Below the pieces are notes generated by a model. That model was not told where the DNA came from. It made no database searches and was given only the letters and a program-made list of their open reading frames with translations. Of a stretch of DNA of 64,000 nucleotides, positions 35,719 through 47,489 are shown one piece after another. Positions within the stretch are counted from its first letter, which is position 1. Each line of letters starts with the position of its first letter. The DNA is from Eledone cirrhosa. Its lineage: Eukaryota. The DNA lies in the NCBI GenBank assembly GCA_964016885.1, contig OZ024742.1:18166001-18230000 (forward strand), written 5' to 3'. The translations under genes and the position numbers were made by a program.

Positions 35719-38700
35719 GCCAATAATGTTGTCTAAGCATTTGTAATGTTATTTATGTATATATTTAAAACATATTTGTTATGTTATTCTACTGTTAATT
35801 TATTCAGTGAATGTTTAGCTGCTATTTCTAGTATGTCGGTCAACTACTAAAATACATCTTTGCTCCTCGTTTACATTAATTACGATAACTGTGGTAATTT
35901 CCCCACCTATTAACTATTGCTAGGAACAACACAAATATAAGGCACCAAAATATATGACCAGAGCGAGAGAAGGAGAAAAGGGAGGGGGTGGGGCAAAAAC
36001 AGAAACACCATCAATTAACCAACAAGTGCGACAATGGATCCCACATTACAAGGGTCAGTACATCCCTTTTATTCTGTATCCGGTTCCGTTTTATTGTTGA
36101 TTTTAAACTCGAGAAAGGCGCTAGTAACTCACCAGGTATGTGAAACCCCATACCTCGACATACTGATATCTGTCGGGAGAAAGGCACTAGTAACTCACCA
36201 GGTATGTTAAACCTCATTCAAACATCTAACCCCATTATATTTACAGCCTGTTGCTCATAGATAATACATTTATTAGACATATTAACTGTAAAATATTTAC
36301 ATCTCATTATAACGTATATTTTGTTGATTAATGAAGTGTCTCTCATTGTTATATGAAGTCTGTTGATGAATACAGGCAGTGGTATCGTAGGGAATGTTGT
36401 GTGATGTATAAACTACCCTTACTCTTCTCCAACAGTTTAGAGAAAAACAAATGAACATCCACCGGTTTCGAGGATGAGCGTTCCATTTGTTCATGAAATT
36501 GACGTGTAAGTGGCTAAGAATTCCACAAACACGTGTACTGTTACAAGAATTCTCAGGGAGATTCAGCGTGATACAGTGTGACAAAACTGACTCTTTGAAT
36601 TGCGGTTACAGTTCATCTGACAGGCTTCCAAAGTGTTCCCGTCTCCCATATTTTATTCACAAGGTATAAGTCAACCTGAGGAGGCAAGTGGTAGATAACA
36701 ATAGCCAAACGATGCAGGATCGAAAGATGACGGAGCGAACTTTTTAGCCATTCGGTCATGCTGTGTCCTCAGTCTGCAGACGACCAAACAACAAAGATAT
36801 GAAACTTACTAAAGATTTCCACTAACAGACAGCAAAACCGATTAAGAGAAGTTGTTGGTACTCAGTATCGATGGAGCGTCGGATATGCTTCGTGGCATAG
36901 AGTTACATCCCTTTGCTTTCTGACTTCAAATCCCGCCGAGGTTAACTTTGCCTTTCATCCTTTCGGGTGGATAAAATAAAGTACCAGTAACGCACTGGGG
37001 TCGATTTAATTGACTTTCCCCTCCCCTCAAATTGTTGGCCTTGTTCCTGTGGATTGGCAGTATCGGTAGAGGGTCGGACTTCATGCTTTGACGCATAGAG
37101 TTATGGCCCTTTCCATTCTGAGTTCAAATCCCGCCGTGGTTAACTCTGCCTTTCATCTTTATGGGGTCGATAAAATAAAGTACCAGTAATGCACAGTAAT
37201 TTCTGGCCTTATGCCAAAAGTAGAATCAATTATTTAGCCTGGTTAAGTTCTGATCGAGCATACATGATAGAAAACATTCCATCCATGATCACTCAGCCTC
37301 TCTCTCTCTCTCTCTCTCTCTCCATCTCTCTATAACAAGAACTTAATGATCATACTTTCTCTCACCTTTTTTAAAGACGGTAGGGTGTGATTTACCTACT
37401 ATTTCTAGTTTGATAGGGCTCCCGTGTGAGATTGAGGGTTTGTTTAACCCAGCCACTCTGATCTATTTTCTGACATATCCTTTTATACCTCCTATTTGGT
37501 AGTTAGTAGCTAGTTCAGTTCTTGTTCACATTTGGTTTATTTATACAATCCATTTAAATGTCTGTGTAAAGCTAGTAAGCCATGACAGATTAGGAGTTGA
37601 GTCGAATTGCCTCAGAATTAAGAACCAAAAGCAATGGAGTGAAAAAGAAAGAGACGGAAAGGTTTGGCAAAAGAAGCAAAAATAAGAAGGAATTGGCCGC
37701 CCGCAGCTGCCAGCCCATCGGGGACAATATATTCCCCGTCCTTTCGACAAGTATCCAGAGGTTGAGGGTAATTAGTTGGTAGAGGAGGATACTCGTTCTG
37801 ACGTCACTTTCATTCATATTTCAAAAACAAAGAATTTAATTCTTAGCTAGTACTTGAGGTAGAAAAAAGTAAAAAACAAAGACAGCTATAAAGCAGCTAC
37901 AAATTTCTGTTACTGTATCTTTTCGTAGCCGTCATGAACTAGAAAATCTTGGCACTATATAGAAATGTGATAGCTTATCTCTAGATGTAGCAGCATTACT
38001 CTTAGCACGTTTCATTCACAATTAAATGTTTGTAAGAGACCTGTTACCTCCTGTCACACTATTTATATATGTTGCTATTCTTTTTTTATCAACTGTAATT
38101 ATTCTAACTCTGTGAGTCATTAACTGATGCAACTAAATACATATTTCATGAGTCTACATTACAAAATGTTTTCATTAGTTTACAATATTTACATAATTAT
38201 ATAAGGGACATAACTGTGATTGTTGACAAAATTTATGCATAGTGGTAGAAGCATCATGTACACGTTCAAAAGTTGTGTAGTTTTCTAAAAAAAAAAAGTT
38301 TTTTCTTGGTACCCATTTAGTTATACCTTAATTAGATAAATTGAAGTGTTCAGAAAAGTGCTTTAACCCTTAGCGACCATCTCCATCGTAGACAGCATGG
38401 TTGAATAGTTAAGAGGTTCGCTTAGTATTCATTAGGCATGGGTTCGATCCCACTGCATGCTATCTTGAACAAGTGTCATCTACCATAATCTAAGATTGAC
38501 CCATGCTTTGTGAGTGAAATTGGATTGACAAAAACTGTTTAGATGGACTTTACCTGTAATTCAAAAGGTCAACCTTATCAGACAGTCACAATAAATCTCC
38601 ACAAGAATTACGTTAAGGGTACTTGTCTCTGGAATGCTTAGCTACTTACCCGTTAATTTCATCAGTAGGTTGTTCCATTGATCGGACAAGGACACTCATC

Positions 38701-38989
38701 GTCGAAACCAATGGAGGTCCATTCCATTTATATGAAACCGCTTTTTATAAATTTATTCTATGTTTAAGAGCTGAGACTAGATAAGATGAAATCAGAGTAA
38801 AGGACCTCTTGAGATTATAGGAAAACTGGTGAAAACTATAGTGCTCTTAATGTTGAATATATATCTAAATGGGAATTTATATATTGATAATTTTCCTTCC
38901 AGAATGTATTTTCAAAAACTGAAAGAAAATTAGTATTGGTTACATCCCATCTGAATTGACGTGAATATTCCAAGCCAGCACTTATAAAA

Positions 38990-39520
38990 ATGGATAAAAC
39001 AAGAGGTCCTGAGTTAGAAGAGCCTTACCACTGTGGGCTATGTGGCCAGGACTTTCTTGACATATCAATACTGAAGAATCACATGAATATACACAAATCT
39101 CTAAAAAGCTATCCTTGCAAAATATGTGGGAAACATTTCTCAAAAAATTCGCATTTGTTAAGACATATAAGAACTCATTCAGGGATGAAACCATTCCATT
39201 GTGATGTCTGTGGTAAGAACTTCACTGAGAGTTACACTTTAAAATCACATTTGATAAAACATACAGAAGTGAAACCTTTCCTCTGTGATATATGTGGTAA
39301 AAACTTTACAGAAAAGGGTACTTTAAAAATACACATCCGAATTCATACAGGATACAAACCTCACACATGTGAATACTGTGGATACTGTTTTGCAGGTCAA
39401 TCTACATTAAAAACTCATGTAAGAACACATACAGGAGAAAAACCATATCATTGTGATATCTGCGGAAGAAATTTTTCTGTAAATTCTAACTTAAAAAAAC
39501 ATATACGAAACCATGTCTAG
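38990..39520 (+). CDS. C2H2 zinc-finger protein, 6 fingers (paralogue 3, C-terminally shortened)
   Basis: aaaATGg start, acceptor ttccttccag at 38902, and fingers collinear with paralogues 1 and 2. Confidence 0.88.
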   Translation: MDKTRGPELEEPYHCGLCGQDFLDISILKNHMNIHKSLKSYPCKICGKHFSKNSHLLRHIRTHSGMKPFHCDVCGKNFTESYTLKSHLIKHTEVKPFLCDICGKNFTEKGTLKIHIRIHTGYKPHTCEYCGYCFAGQSTLKTHVRTHTGEKPYHCDICGRNFSVNSNLKKHIRNHV

Positions 39521-39564
39521 GAACAATAAAAGTATTTGAAATATAGCAGCTAGATCTCCTTTTA

Positions 39565-40147
39565 ATAATAATTGTTTCTACTTTTGGCACAAGGCCAGCT
39601 ATTACCCCAGTGTATTACTGGTACTTTATTTTATCGACCCCGTAAGGATGAAAGGCAAAGTTAACCTCGGCGGGATTTGAACTCAGAATAGCAAGGGCCG
39701 TAACTCAATACGTCCGACCCTCTACCGATACTGCCAATCCACCGCCCTTTTAATAATAATTGTTTCTTATATAGGCACAAGGCCAACAATTTTGGGGGAA
39801 GGGAAAGTCGAGTAAATCGACCCCAGTGCGTGACTGGTACTTTATTTTATCGACCCCGTAAGGATGAAAGGCTAAGTTAACCTCGGCGGGATTTGAACTG
39901 TCTGTAAAGGGACGTAACTATGCTGGAAAGCATGGCGTCCGACTCTCTACTGATACATAGAATAATTGTTTCTACTATTGGCACAAGGCCAGCAATTATT
40001 CAGTACATTACTGGTACTTTATTTTATCGACCTTGTAAGGATGAAAGGCAAAGTTAACCTCGGCAGATTTGAACTCAGAACGCAAAGGGCCATAACTATG
40101 CTGCAAAACATGGTGTCTGACGCTCTACCGATACTGCCAAACCACCG
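39565..40147 (-). mobile_element. Three tandem family-B SINE monomers
   Basis: actggtactttattttatcgacc..gtaaggatgaaaggc.aagttaacctcggc occurs three times. Confidence 0.85.
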
Positions 40148-40687
40148 ATACATAGAATAATATAGAAATGTCAGGGAAGTGAATAGTGTATGAGTCATGA
40201 TATACATGTATGCGTGTGTATGGGGGAGGAATATTAGGTGGTGTTGGCGAATCTCAGGAAGCATGGAAGTTTTAAAGGATGCAGTGTCTCGACAATCAGA
40301 TTCTATCATTTAAAACAAGGAAGGGTGCATTTCAAAGTGTCATCATAGATATATAAACAAAAAACAACTGGTATGCTTTTGATTACAAGACTGCTGGATC
40401 AGCAGATCTGGGTTTATCAACCACAAATACTTAAATGAAGAAATGCTATTTATAATATAAAAAGAATCCAAGCAAAACTGTTGGTTAGAGAATAAAATTT
40501 TGTTTTATTTTTTAAAATAATGAAAAAAAATATTGATTTGAACCTTTGTAAAAAAAAATATATGCTTAATTTTTTATAATCTAAAAGACCATAGAATAAA
40601 AATATTTTTGTACTGTTTTGTATAGCACATTTTATTTATAGCATGTATCATGTGTATTTTTGTCACAGGATGTCACGTGATATCTGC

Positions 40688-40722
<35 letters not shown>

Positions 40723-40886
40723 AGGCACACTGTTTTGTAAAATGTCCTCAAATAGATAAAATGGAAATTGATTTATATATATGTCAGAGTCCTGGTTCTA
40801 TAATGTCTGGGAAACGAGAGGGTGCATAGTATTCAAGAAGGGAATACTGGCTTCTGAAAGAACTGTGGACTCAAAAGCCTCAACAT

Positions 40887-41225
40887 AATGAATGAATGAA
40901 TGAATGATGAATTCTTCGCTTGCAAAGAATTGTTGTCCTCTTCTGTGCGGGGACATGCCATGAGGTGACTGTAGAGGCTAATCTTGAACCCACAGGCTCT
41001 GGTACAGTTGGGGCAAGAGTATAGTTGGTCAGTTGGTGGTTGGGTGGCAGACAGCTTTCTTCTTTCATGTTTTCACCTGACACCTTCTTGCCCTTCTCAA
41101 AGCTGGCTGCAGCTGTTTTGATTGTTGCTCTCTATTTCTCTCTGATCAATATTGCCTTGAACTAGCTGGTGCTTGAGTTGGTCCTTGAAGTGTTTTCGGG
41201 GAAGCCCCTTTGGTTTCGCTTGCCG
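40887..41225 (-). mobile_element. RTE (BovB-like) LINE 3' end with C-terminal zinc finger and (TTCA)n tail
   Basis: Manual translation YSCPNCTRACGFKISLYSHLMAC and a (tgaa)n tail. A related fragment lies at ~21380-21530 (+). Confidence 0.7.
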
Positions 41226-41350
41226 TAGAAAAAATTATCCTCGTGATGTTAATAAAATTTTTCATGTAATTTGTTGTAACAACATTTTCATAAAACTTTC
41301 TGAATTTCTGTCTTTAATGATTGGACACAAGATTCTGTGTACATAGATTA

Positions 41351-42289
41351 TCATGAGGCATGATTATTATGTGTTCGAAGATGAGTATTTAAGGTTGATT
41401 TCCGGGAGAAATTATTCCCACAAAATTCACAGTAGAATGGTCTCTCTCCAGTGTGACGCCGACCATGTCTCTTTAATGTAGATCTGTCTGCAAAATTCTG
41501 ATTACACACTTCACAACTGAAGGGTTTCTCACCTGTGTGGACTCTGAGGTGGCCAGTCAGAGAATCGCTTGACACAAACCCTTTTTCACAAACAACACAT
41601 TGATAAGGTTTCTCTCCGGTGTGAATTCTCCTGTGACGATTTAACGTTGATCGTTCACCAAAGTTCCTTTCACAGATGTCACAGGAATATGGTTTTTCTC
41701 CTGTGTGAGTTTTTAAATGGCTGTTTAAATCACCACTACGAGAAAACCCTTTGTTGCATATGTCACATTCATATGGCTTCTCTCCAGTATGTATTCGAAG
41801 ATGACTGTTTAATTCACTCATATAAAAAAAGCCCTTTTTACAGACCTGACATTTTAATGGCTTTTCCCTGTCAGAGTTTCGATGTTTGTTATTTTTGTTG
41901 TTTACCTGTCGAGATGTGACTTCCCCAGTATGGGTTTTAATATGTTCTTTTAAGCAATAACTTCTAGAAAATACTTTAGTACAAGTGAGGCACTGGAAGG
42001 GTTTCTCACCAGTGTGAACTGCCACATGACGTACCAAAGAACTGTTGTAAGCAAAGTTTTCTCCACATATTTCACAGTTGTAGGGTTTTTCATCAGTGTG
42101 GATCCTAACATGCCTCTTATAATTGGAGTTGTTATTGAAACTTTTATCACATATCTCACAATTATAGGGTTTCTCTCCAGTGTGGATTCTCAGGTGATTT
42201 GTTAAATCTCCCTTCTGTGAAAAGGCTTTCTCACAAACATTACATGTATATGGCTTTGTTGTGATTTGGTTTTGCATTTTATAGAACAA
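41351..42289 (-). CDS. C2H2 zinc-finger protein, 10 fingers (4+6)
   Basis: TGEKP-linked fingers with an N/K/R-rich spacer between F4 and F5. Polypyrimidine acceptor at 42387. Confidence 0.92.
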   Translation of the reverse strand: MFYKMQNQITTKPYTCNVCEKAFSQKGDLTNHLRIHTGEKPYNCEICDKSFNNNSNYKRHVRIHTDEKPYNCEICGENFAYNSSLVRHVAVHTGEKPFQCLTCTKVFSRSYCLKEHIKTHTGEVTSRQVNNKNNKHRNSDREKPLKCQVCKKGFFYMSELNSHLRIHTGEKPYECDICNKGFSRSGDLNSHLKTHTGEKPYSCDICERNFGERSTLNRHRRIHTGEKPYQCVVCEKGFVSSDSLTGHLRVHTGEKPFSCEVCNQNFADRSTLKRHGRRHTGERPFYCEFCGNNFSRKSTLNTHLRTHNNHAS

Positions 42290-43377
42290 CCAACATAGTG
42301 ATATGCACAGGAGTTATTGGCCAAAGGATGACGGTATTAGTCTGTAGTGTCTAGGACAATTGTTCTGTAACTGAGGTGAGTACAACCTAAAATAAAAAAT
42401 AAAAAATAAAAAAGATATTGGGCTAGAGATTACAATCCATCAATGTATGTGTATCATCATCATTTAATGTCTATTTTCTCTATTAGTAAGGGTTGTCTAG
42501 ATGACCAGTCTGCTTATCCCTAACATACCTTCCAACACACCACAAAGTGAACATGATGCATTTTTATCAAGGCACCAGCACTAGGGAGGTTGTCTTTAAT
42601 ACAACTGAAGAGTCCTCCCTACCTTTTATTTGGCAGGTTTTTTGCAGATGGATGCTGTTCCTATCGCTAGTGTGTATTTTTTTGTTTTTGTTTTGCTTAG
42701 TCAGAATAGGAATGCCAGCACTTTATAATCCTTTTCAGAGACACTGAGACTGGTGAAAGGAAAATAGGATGTTATCCTCAGACAAGAGGCCTGTTCTAAA
42801 CTCTTGCAACAGAGTTAACTTTGCCAAAGTCATCCAAATTCCAAATAACTAAGTGTTAGTGTTAAACTTGGAATCTAAATTTATCAATCTACTTGGAACC
42901 AATGTAAGCAAGATGTGGGCTGGCAGCCTCCCGGAGAGGTCGGTGGATCTCTTAGATGCTTGGAATAAACATTTTTTCCCGGGTTAGGGCTAGGGTTTCC
43001 GTTTTCCGGGATCAAGTAAATTGTAAGCAGCTAAGAGGTATTGAAAAAACAAAACAAAGGAAGATAATTATTTCCAACCAAACGCAAGAGATATGTAGAT
43101 CTGCGAAACTCCAATGGTCTTTTGGCCCCTTTTCACCCTACCTTTTTCTACAAATTTAATCGTTTCAGACTGGTTTGAAAGTCCTATTTGTTAACACGCA
43201 AAAACAATCGTAGATAAAACTCCAAGGAGGAGGGAGACAAACACCCGACGCCCTCCGTTCTCCGGGAAAAGATTCCATTGCTAGTATCTTTGAGATTACT
43301 TTAATAGCACACGAAAAAGAATGAGGAAAACATTTTTTTTCCTACTGAGGGGGGGGGGGGGGGGTTCTATAAATTTA

Positions 43378-44308
43378 CAGCATGCTACATTAAATAAATA
43401 GTAAATAATAGATAATTGAGAATATTATAAAATCAGTAGGAAATATATTGTCATTGTTAAGTTGTAACGACTAACCATAAGATTCCTTATTAGGTGTGTC
43501 GTCCAGTGGCTTATTAAAGAGATGTAGACCTTACAACGTAAAGTTGATCTTGGTTGTTGTTAAAGAGACAGAAAGAAGGCAAGTAAGACGAGTATATAAC
43601 TAATGATGTTTAGTGTTATATATATATCTTGTTGAGATATGTCTGTGTGTGCTGTACATGTAGTTACAGGAAATATTATCACAAACCTTAATATCAAAAC
43701 AAACCACACAATTGATTTAAATTACCGGTGTTCACTAACTCAAGTCCTCTCTCAAAAGCGTCTTCCATGAAACTGGAAGTTTCCGGTTAAAGTATTCAGC
43801 AGAGAATATTTGTTTTTAGTATGAAAGAGGGGGTGTTTCATTCTTACACCGTACGTGTGTTATGGAGTTCTCGGGTGGGGATCCACAGAAAACTATTAAT
43901 TTACAGGCGCTTTTGAGAGAGGACTTGAATTATTGAACACCGGTAATTTAAATCAATTGTGTAGTTTGTTTTGATATTAAGGTTTGTGATAATATTTCCT
44001 GTAACTACATGTACAGCACACACAGACATATCCCAACAAGATATATATATAACACTAAACATCATTAGTTATATACTCGTCTTACTTGCCTTCCTTCTGT
44101 CACTTTAACAACAACCAAGATCAACTTTACGTTGTAAGGTCTACATCTCTTTAATAAGCCACTGGACTAACTGAACGACACACCTAATAAGGAATCTTAT
44201 GGTTAGTCGTTACAACTTATCAATGACAATATATTTCTTACTGAACTGTTAGGTTTTATAATATTCTCAATTACCTATTATTTACTATTTATTTAATGTA
44301 GCATGCTG
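43378..44308. mobile_element. Long inverted repeat / MITE-like element (~385-400-bp arms, ~145-bp spacer)
   Basis: CAGCATGCTAC...GTAGCATGCTG flanked by TAAATTTA on both sides (palindromic, so the TSD call is ambiguous). Arms carry scattered mismatches and indels. Confidence 0.8.
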
Positions 44309-44671
44309 TAAATTTATTAACAGCTTTATGTATTTCTGAGACTTTTCTTTCCCTACAGTTGTGCTGAATGTTCTATTACAACCTATAGTATATGAGTCCA
44401 ATTGCTCCAGCATGACAGCTACCAGTTAGTTATGGAAGCTCTATGTGATTTTAGCCTACATAACATCCATTAACCATATCCATATTTTCTGAAAGGCGAA
44501 ATAGAACAACCACTTGGAGAGGACCGAAGTAGTCTCAAATGTAGCTAGAAAATATATGTTTACATGTTAACCATATATGTAAACAGTGTTACATGGTATC
44601 CATGACAAGAAACTAAACCATAACATATATATTCAGAAACATTTCAGTTAAGAATTCTTTGAAAATTTAAT

Positions 44672-46162
44672 ATGGAAGACATTAACCATTTAGACAATTC
44701 TAACACAACTGTTTTTACCAATATAGATTCAGTTTCACCAACATACACTGGTGAGAAAGATTTACCCAGTGAAACGTTTACTAACCTAAAAGCATTACAT
44801 GGAAATATTCCTGAATATCACTGTGAGATTTGCAGCAAAACTTTCTCTTCAAAATATGAAGTCTTAACACACAAAGAAATACATAGAGAAAAACCCTTTC
44901 CCTGTGAAATATGTGGGAAATCTTTCTCTTATAAATCTCATCTTGTAGTCCACATACGTAGTCACACTGGAAAAAAATCTTTTCCCTGTGAAATATGTGG
45001 GAAAACTTTTATCTCTAACAGTAAATTAACAAAACACAAAAGAACACACACTGGAGAAAGACCCTTTCTCTGTGAAATATGTGAGAAATCTTTCGTTAAT
45101 AAAAGTGATTTAGCAAGACACAAAAGAATACATACAGGGGAAAAACCCTTTCCTTGTGAAATATGTGGGAAATCATTCTCTACTAAGTCTCATTATATAA
45201 TCCACACACGTAATCACACTGGCGAAAAACCCTTTTCCTGTGAAATATGTGGGAAATCTTTTTCTAACAAATCTCATCTTGTAGTTCACATACGTACTCA
45301 CACTGGAGAAAAACCCTATCATTGTGGAATATGTGGGAAAACGTTTAACTCTAACAGTGTTTTAACAATACACAAAAGAACACACACTGGAGAGAAACCC
45401 TTTCACTGTGAAATATGTGGGAAATCTTTCGTTGATAAATCTCAACTGTCAGTCCACATACGTAGTCATACTGGAGAAAAACCCTATCATTGTGTAATAT
45501 GTGGAAAATCTTTTGTTACTAATTATAATCTTATATATCACCTTCGTAGTCACACTGGAGAAAAACCATTTCACTGTGAAATATGTGGGAAAACCTTTAT
45601 TGGTAACAGAAATTTGACGAGACATGAAAGAATACACACCGGAGAAAAACCTTTCAGTTGTGAAATATGTGGGAAAACTTTGCGCTCTAACAGTGAATTA
45701 ACAACACATAAAAGAATTCATACAGGAGGAAAACATTATGGCTGTGAAATATGTGGGAAATTTCTCTCTACTAAGTCTCATCATGTACTCCACATACGTA
45801 GTCACACTGGAGAAAAGCCCTTTTCCTGTGAAATATGTGGGAAATCTTTCTCTAACAAATCTCATCTTGTAGTCCACATACGTAGTCACACTGGAGAAAA
45901 ACCCTTTTCCTGTGAAATATGTGGGAAATCTTTTATCTCTAACAGTGTTTTAAAAACACATAAAAGAATTCACACTGGAGAAAAACCATTTCGCTGTGAA
46001 ATATGTGGGAAATCTTTTGCTCAAAATCCAAGTCTTGCAGTCCACATACGTAGTCACACTGGAGAAAAACCATTTCCCTGTGAAATATGTGGGAAATCTT
46101 TTGTCACTAATGGCCTCTTAAAAAGACACAAAGAGATACACCCTATAGAAAATCCCTACTAA
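44672..46162 (+). CDS. C2H2 zinc-finger protein, 16 fingers
   Basis: Highly homogeneous CEICGK.F...H...HTGEKP array. Acceptor ttttctttccctacag at 44358. Confidence 0.93.
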   Translation: MEDINHLDNSNTTVFTNIDSVSPTYTGEKDLPSETFTNLKALHGNIPEYHCEICSKTFSSKYEVLTHKEIHREKPFPCEICGKSFSYKSHLVVHIRSHTGKKSFPCEICGKTFISNSKLTKHKRTHTGERPFLCEICEKSFVNKSDLARHKRIHTGEKPFPCEICGKSFSTKSHYIIHTRNHTGEKPFSCEICGKSFSNKSHLVVHIRTHTGEKPYHCGICGKTFNSNSVLTIHKRTHTGEKPFHCEICGKSFVDKSQLSVHIRSHTGEKPYHCVICGKSFVTNYNLIYHLRSHTGEKPFHCEICGKTFIGNRNLTRHERIHTGEKPFSCEICGKTLRSNSELTTHKRIHTGGKHYGCEICGKFLSTKSHHVLHIRSHTGEKPFSCEICGKSFSNKSHLVVHIRSHTGEKPFSCEICGKSFISNSVLKTHKRIHTGEKPFRCEICGKSFAQNPSLAVHIRSHTGEKPFPCEICGKSFVTNGLLKRHKEIHPIENPY

Positions 46163-46555
46163 TGTGAAATATGTAGGAACACTTTTGTCTCTAACTGTTT
46201 TAACAAGATACAAGAAAATACACAGTGAATACCGTTTCACTGAAAATATGTGTGAAATCTTCTGTTAAAAATTCAAATCTTGTTAACCACATACATAGTC
46301 ACACTGGAGAAAAGCTATTTCATTGTGAATTATGTGGAAAAGTGTTTGTCTCTAATGATTACTTAAGAAGACACAAACAAATACATAATGTAGTGAAGAA
46401 GACTTAACTGTAAAACATGAAAAATACATGCACTGGAGAGAAGTATTTTTACTGTGTATTTTGAAAAATCTTTCTCTTACACATCTAAACTTATAGTACA
46501 CCAAGTACATATTGTAAAACATGTTGAAATATGTTGGGAATCATTCTCTTGGAAT
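46163..46555 (+). pseudogene. Decayed zinc-finger repeats downstream of the stop codon
   Basis: tgtgaaatatgt... and HIHSHTGEKLFHCELCGKVF, with frameshifts and stops. Confidence 0.75.
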
Positions 46556-46588
46556 TCTGGTATTTTACTCTACAAATATCTTATTTAA

Positions 46589-46796
46589 CCCTTTAGCAGT
46601 ATCTGGCTAGAATTCTCTCACCTCTTTCTGTTAAAACTGGCTATAACCAGCCACTCATACCGATGTTCAGGTATTGTTCTCAAAATAAATAATATCAAAA
46701 TCCCATAGATTCGATATTATGTGAGATATTATTTGAGATAAAGCCTTTACCGCAAAAATACAATTCTATATACAGAGTAATGTAAATGCTAAAGGG
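46589..46796. mobile_element. piggyBac-type MITE
   Basis: TTAA|ccctttagca...tgctaaaggg|TTAA. Related copies at ~27852, 47330-48202 and 49435-49835. Confidence 0.8.
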
Positions 46797-47489
46797 TTAA
46801 AATAAATGCTTTCACTAAATTGTTTTGAAAATTTGTATTTGTGAATTGTAGCTGAATAAAAATCTACATCAATCTAAAATATTTATTGAACCATGTACAG
46901 TAAAGTAAGTTTAAACTTGTGATCAACATCATCATCATCATCTTTTTTACGTCTGTTTTTTTTCTATGCATGAATATAGGAGCATGGCATAATTGTTAGG
47001 AGGCTTGACATATGATTGTAAAGTTTGATTTCTTGAGTGGTTTGTGTATTTTCTTTAGGCACAAGGCCAACAATTTTGGAGGTGGGGAAAGTTGACTAAA
47101 TTGATCCCAGTGCATTACTGATACTTTATTTTATCAGTTGGTTTTGCCTGTAAAATTTGTCCAGTGATTCTTTCCTGAGATATTCTAATTGAGAGCTGTG
47201 ATCTCTCAATTCCTTTTTAAGTAAAAAACAGATTTCTTTCTCAGAGAATAATCCATAATCTATATATGTTCCACTTTGGTGATTCCCTGCACCATTAATT
47301 AGTGCATATCAACGATAGGGCAAGCTATTTAAACCAGCCATGTCTGGTCAGAATTCTCTCACTTTTTTCTGTTCAAATTAGTCATAACTGGCCACTCATA
47401 CCAACATTAAGGTATTGTTCTCAGAATAAAAACCAAAATCTCATAGATTCGATATTATGTGAGATAAAGCCTTTATTGTGGAAATATAA

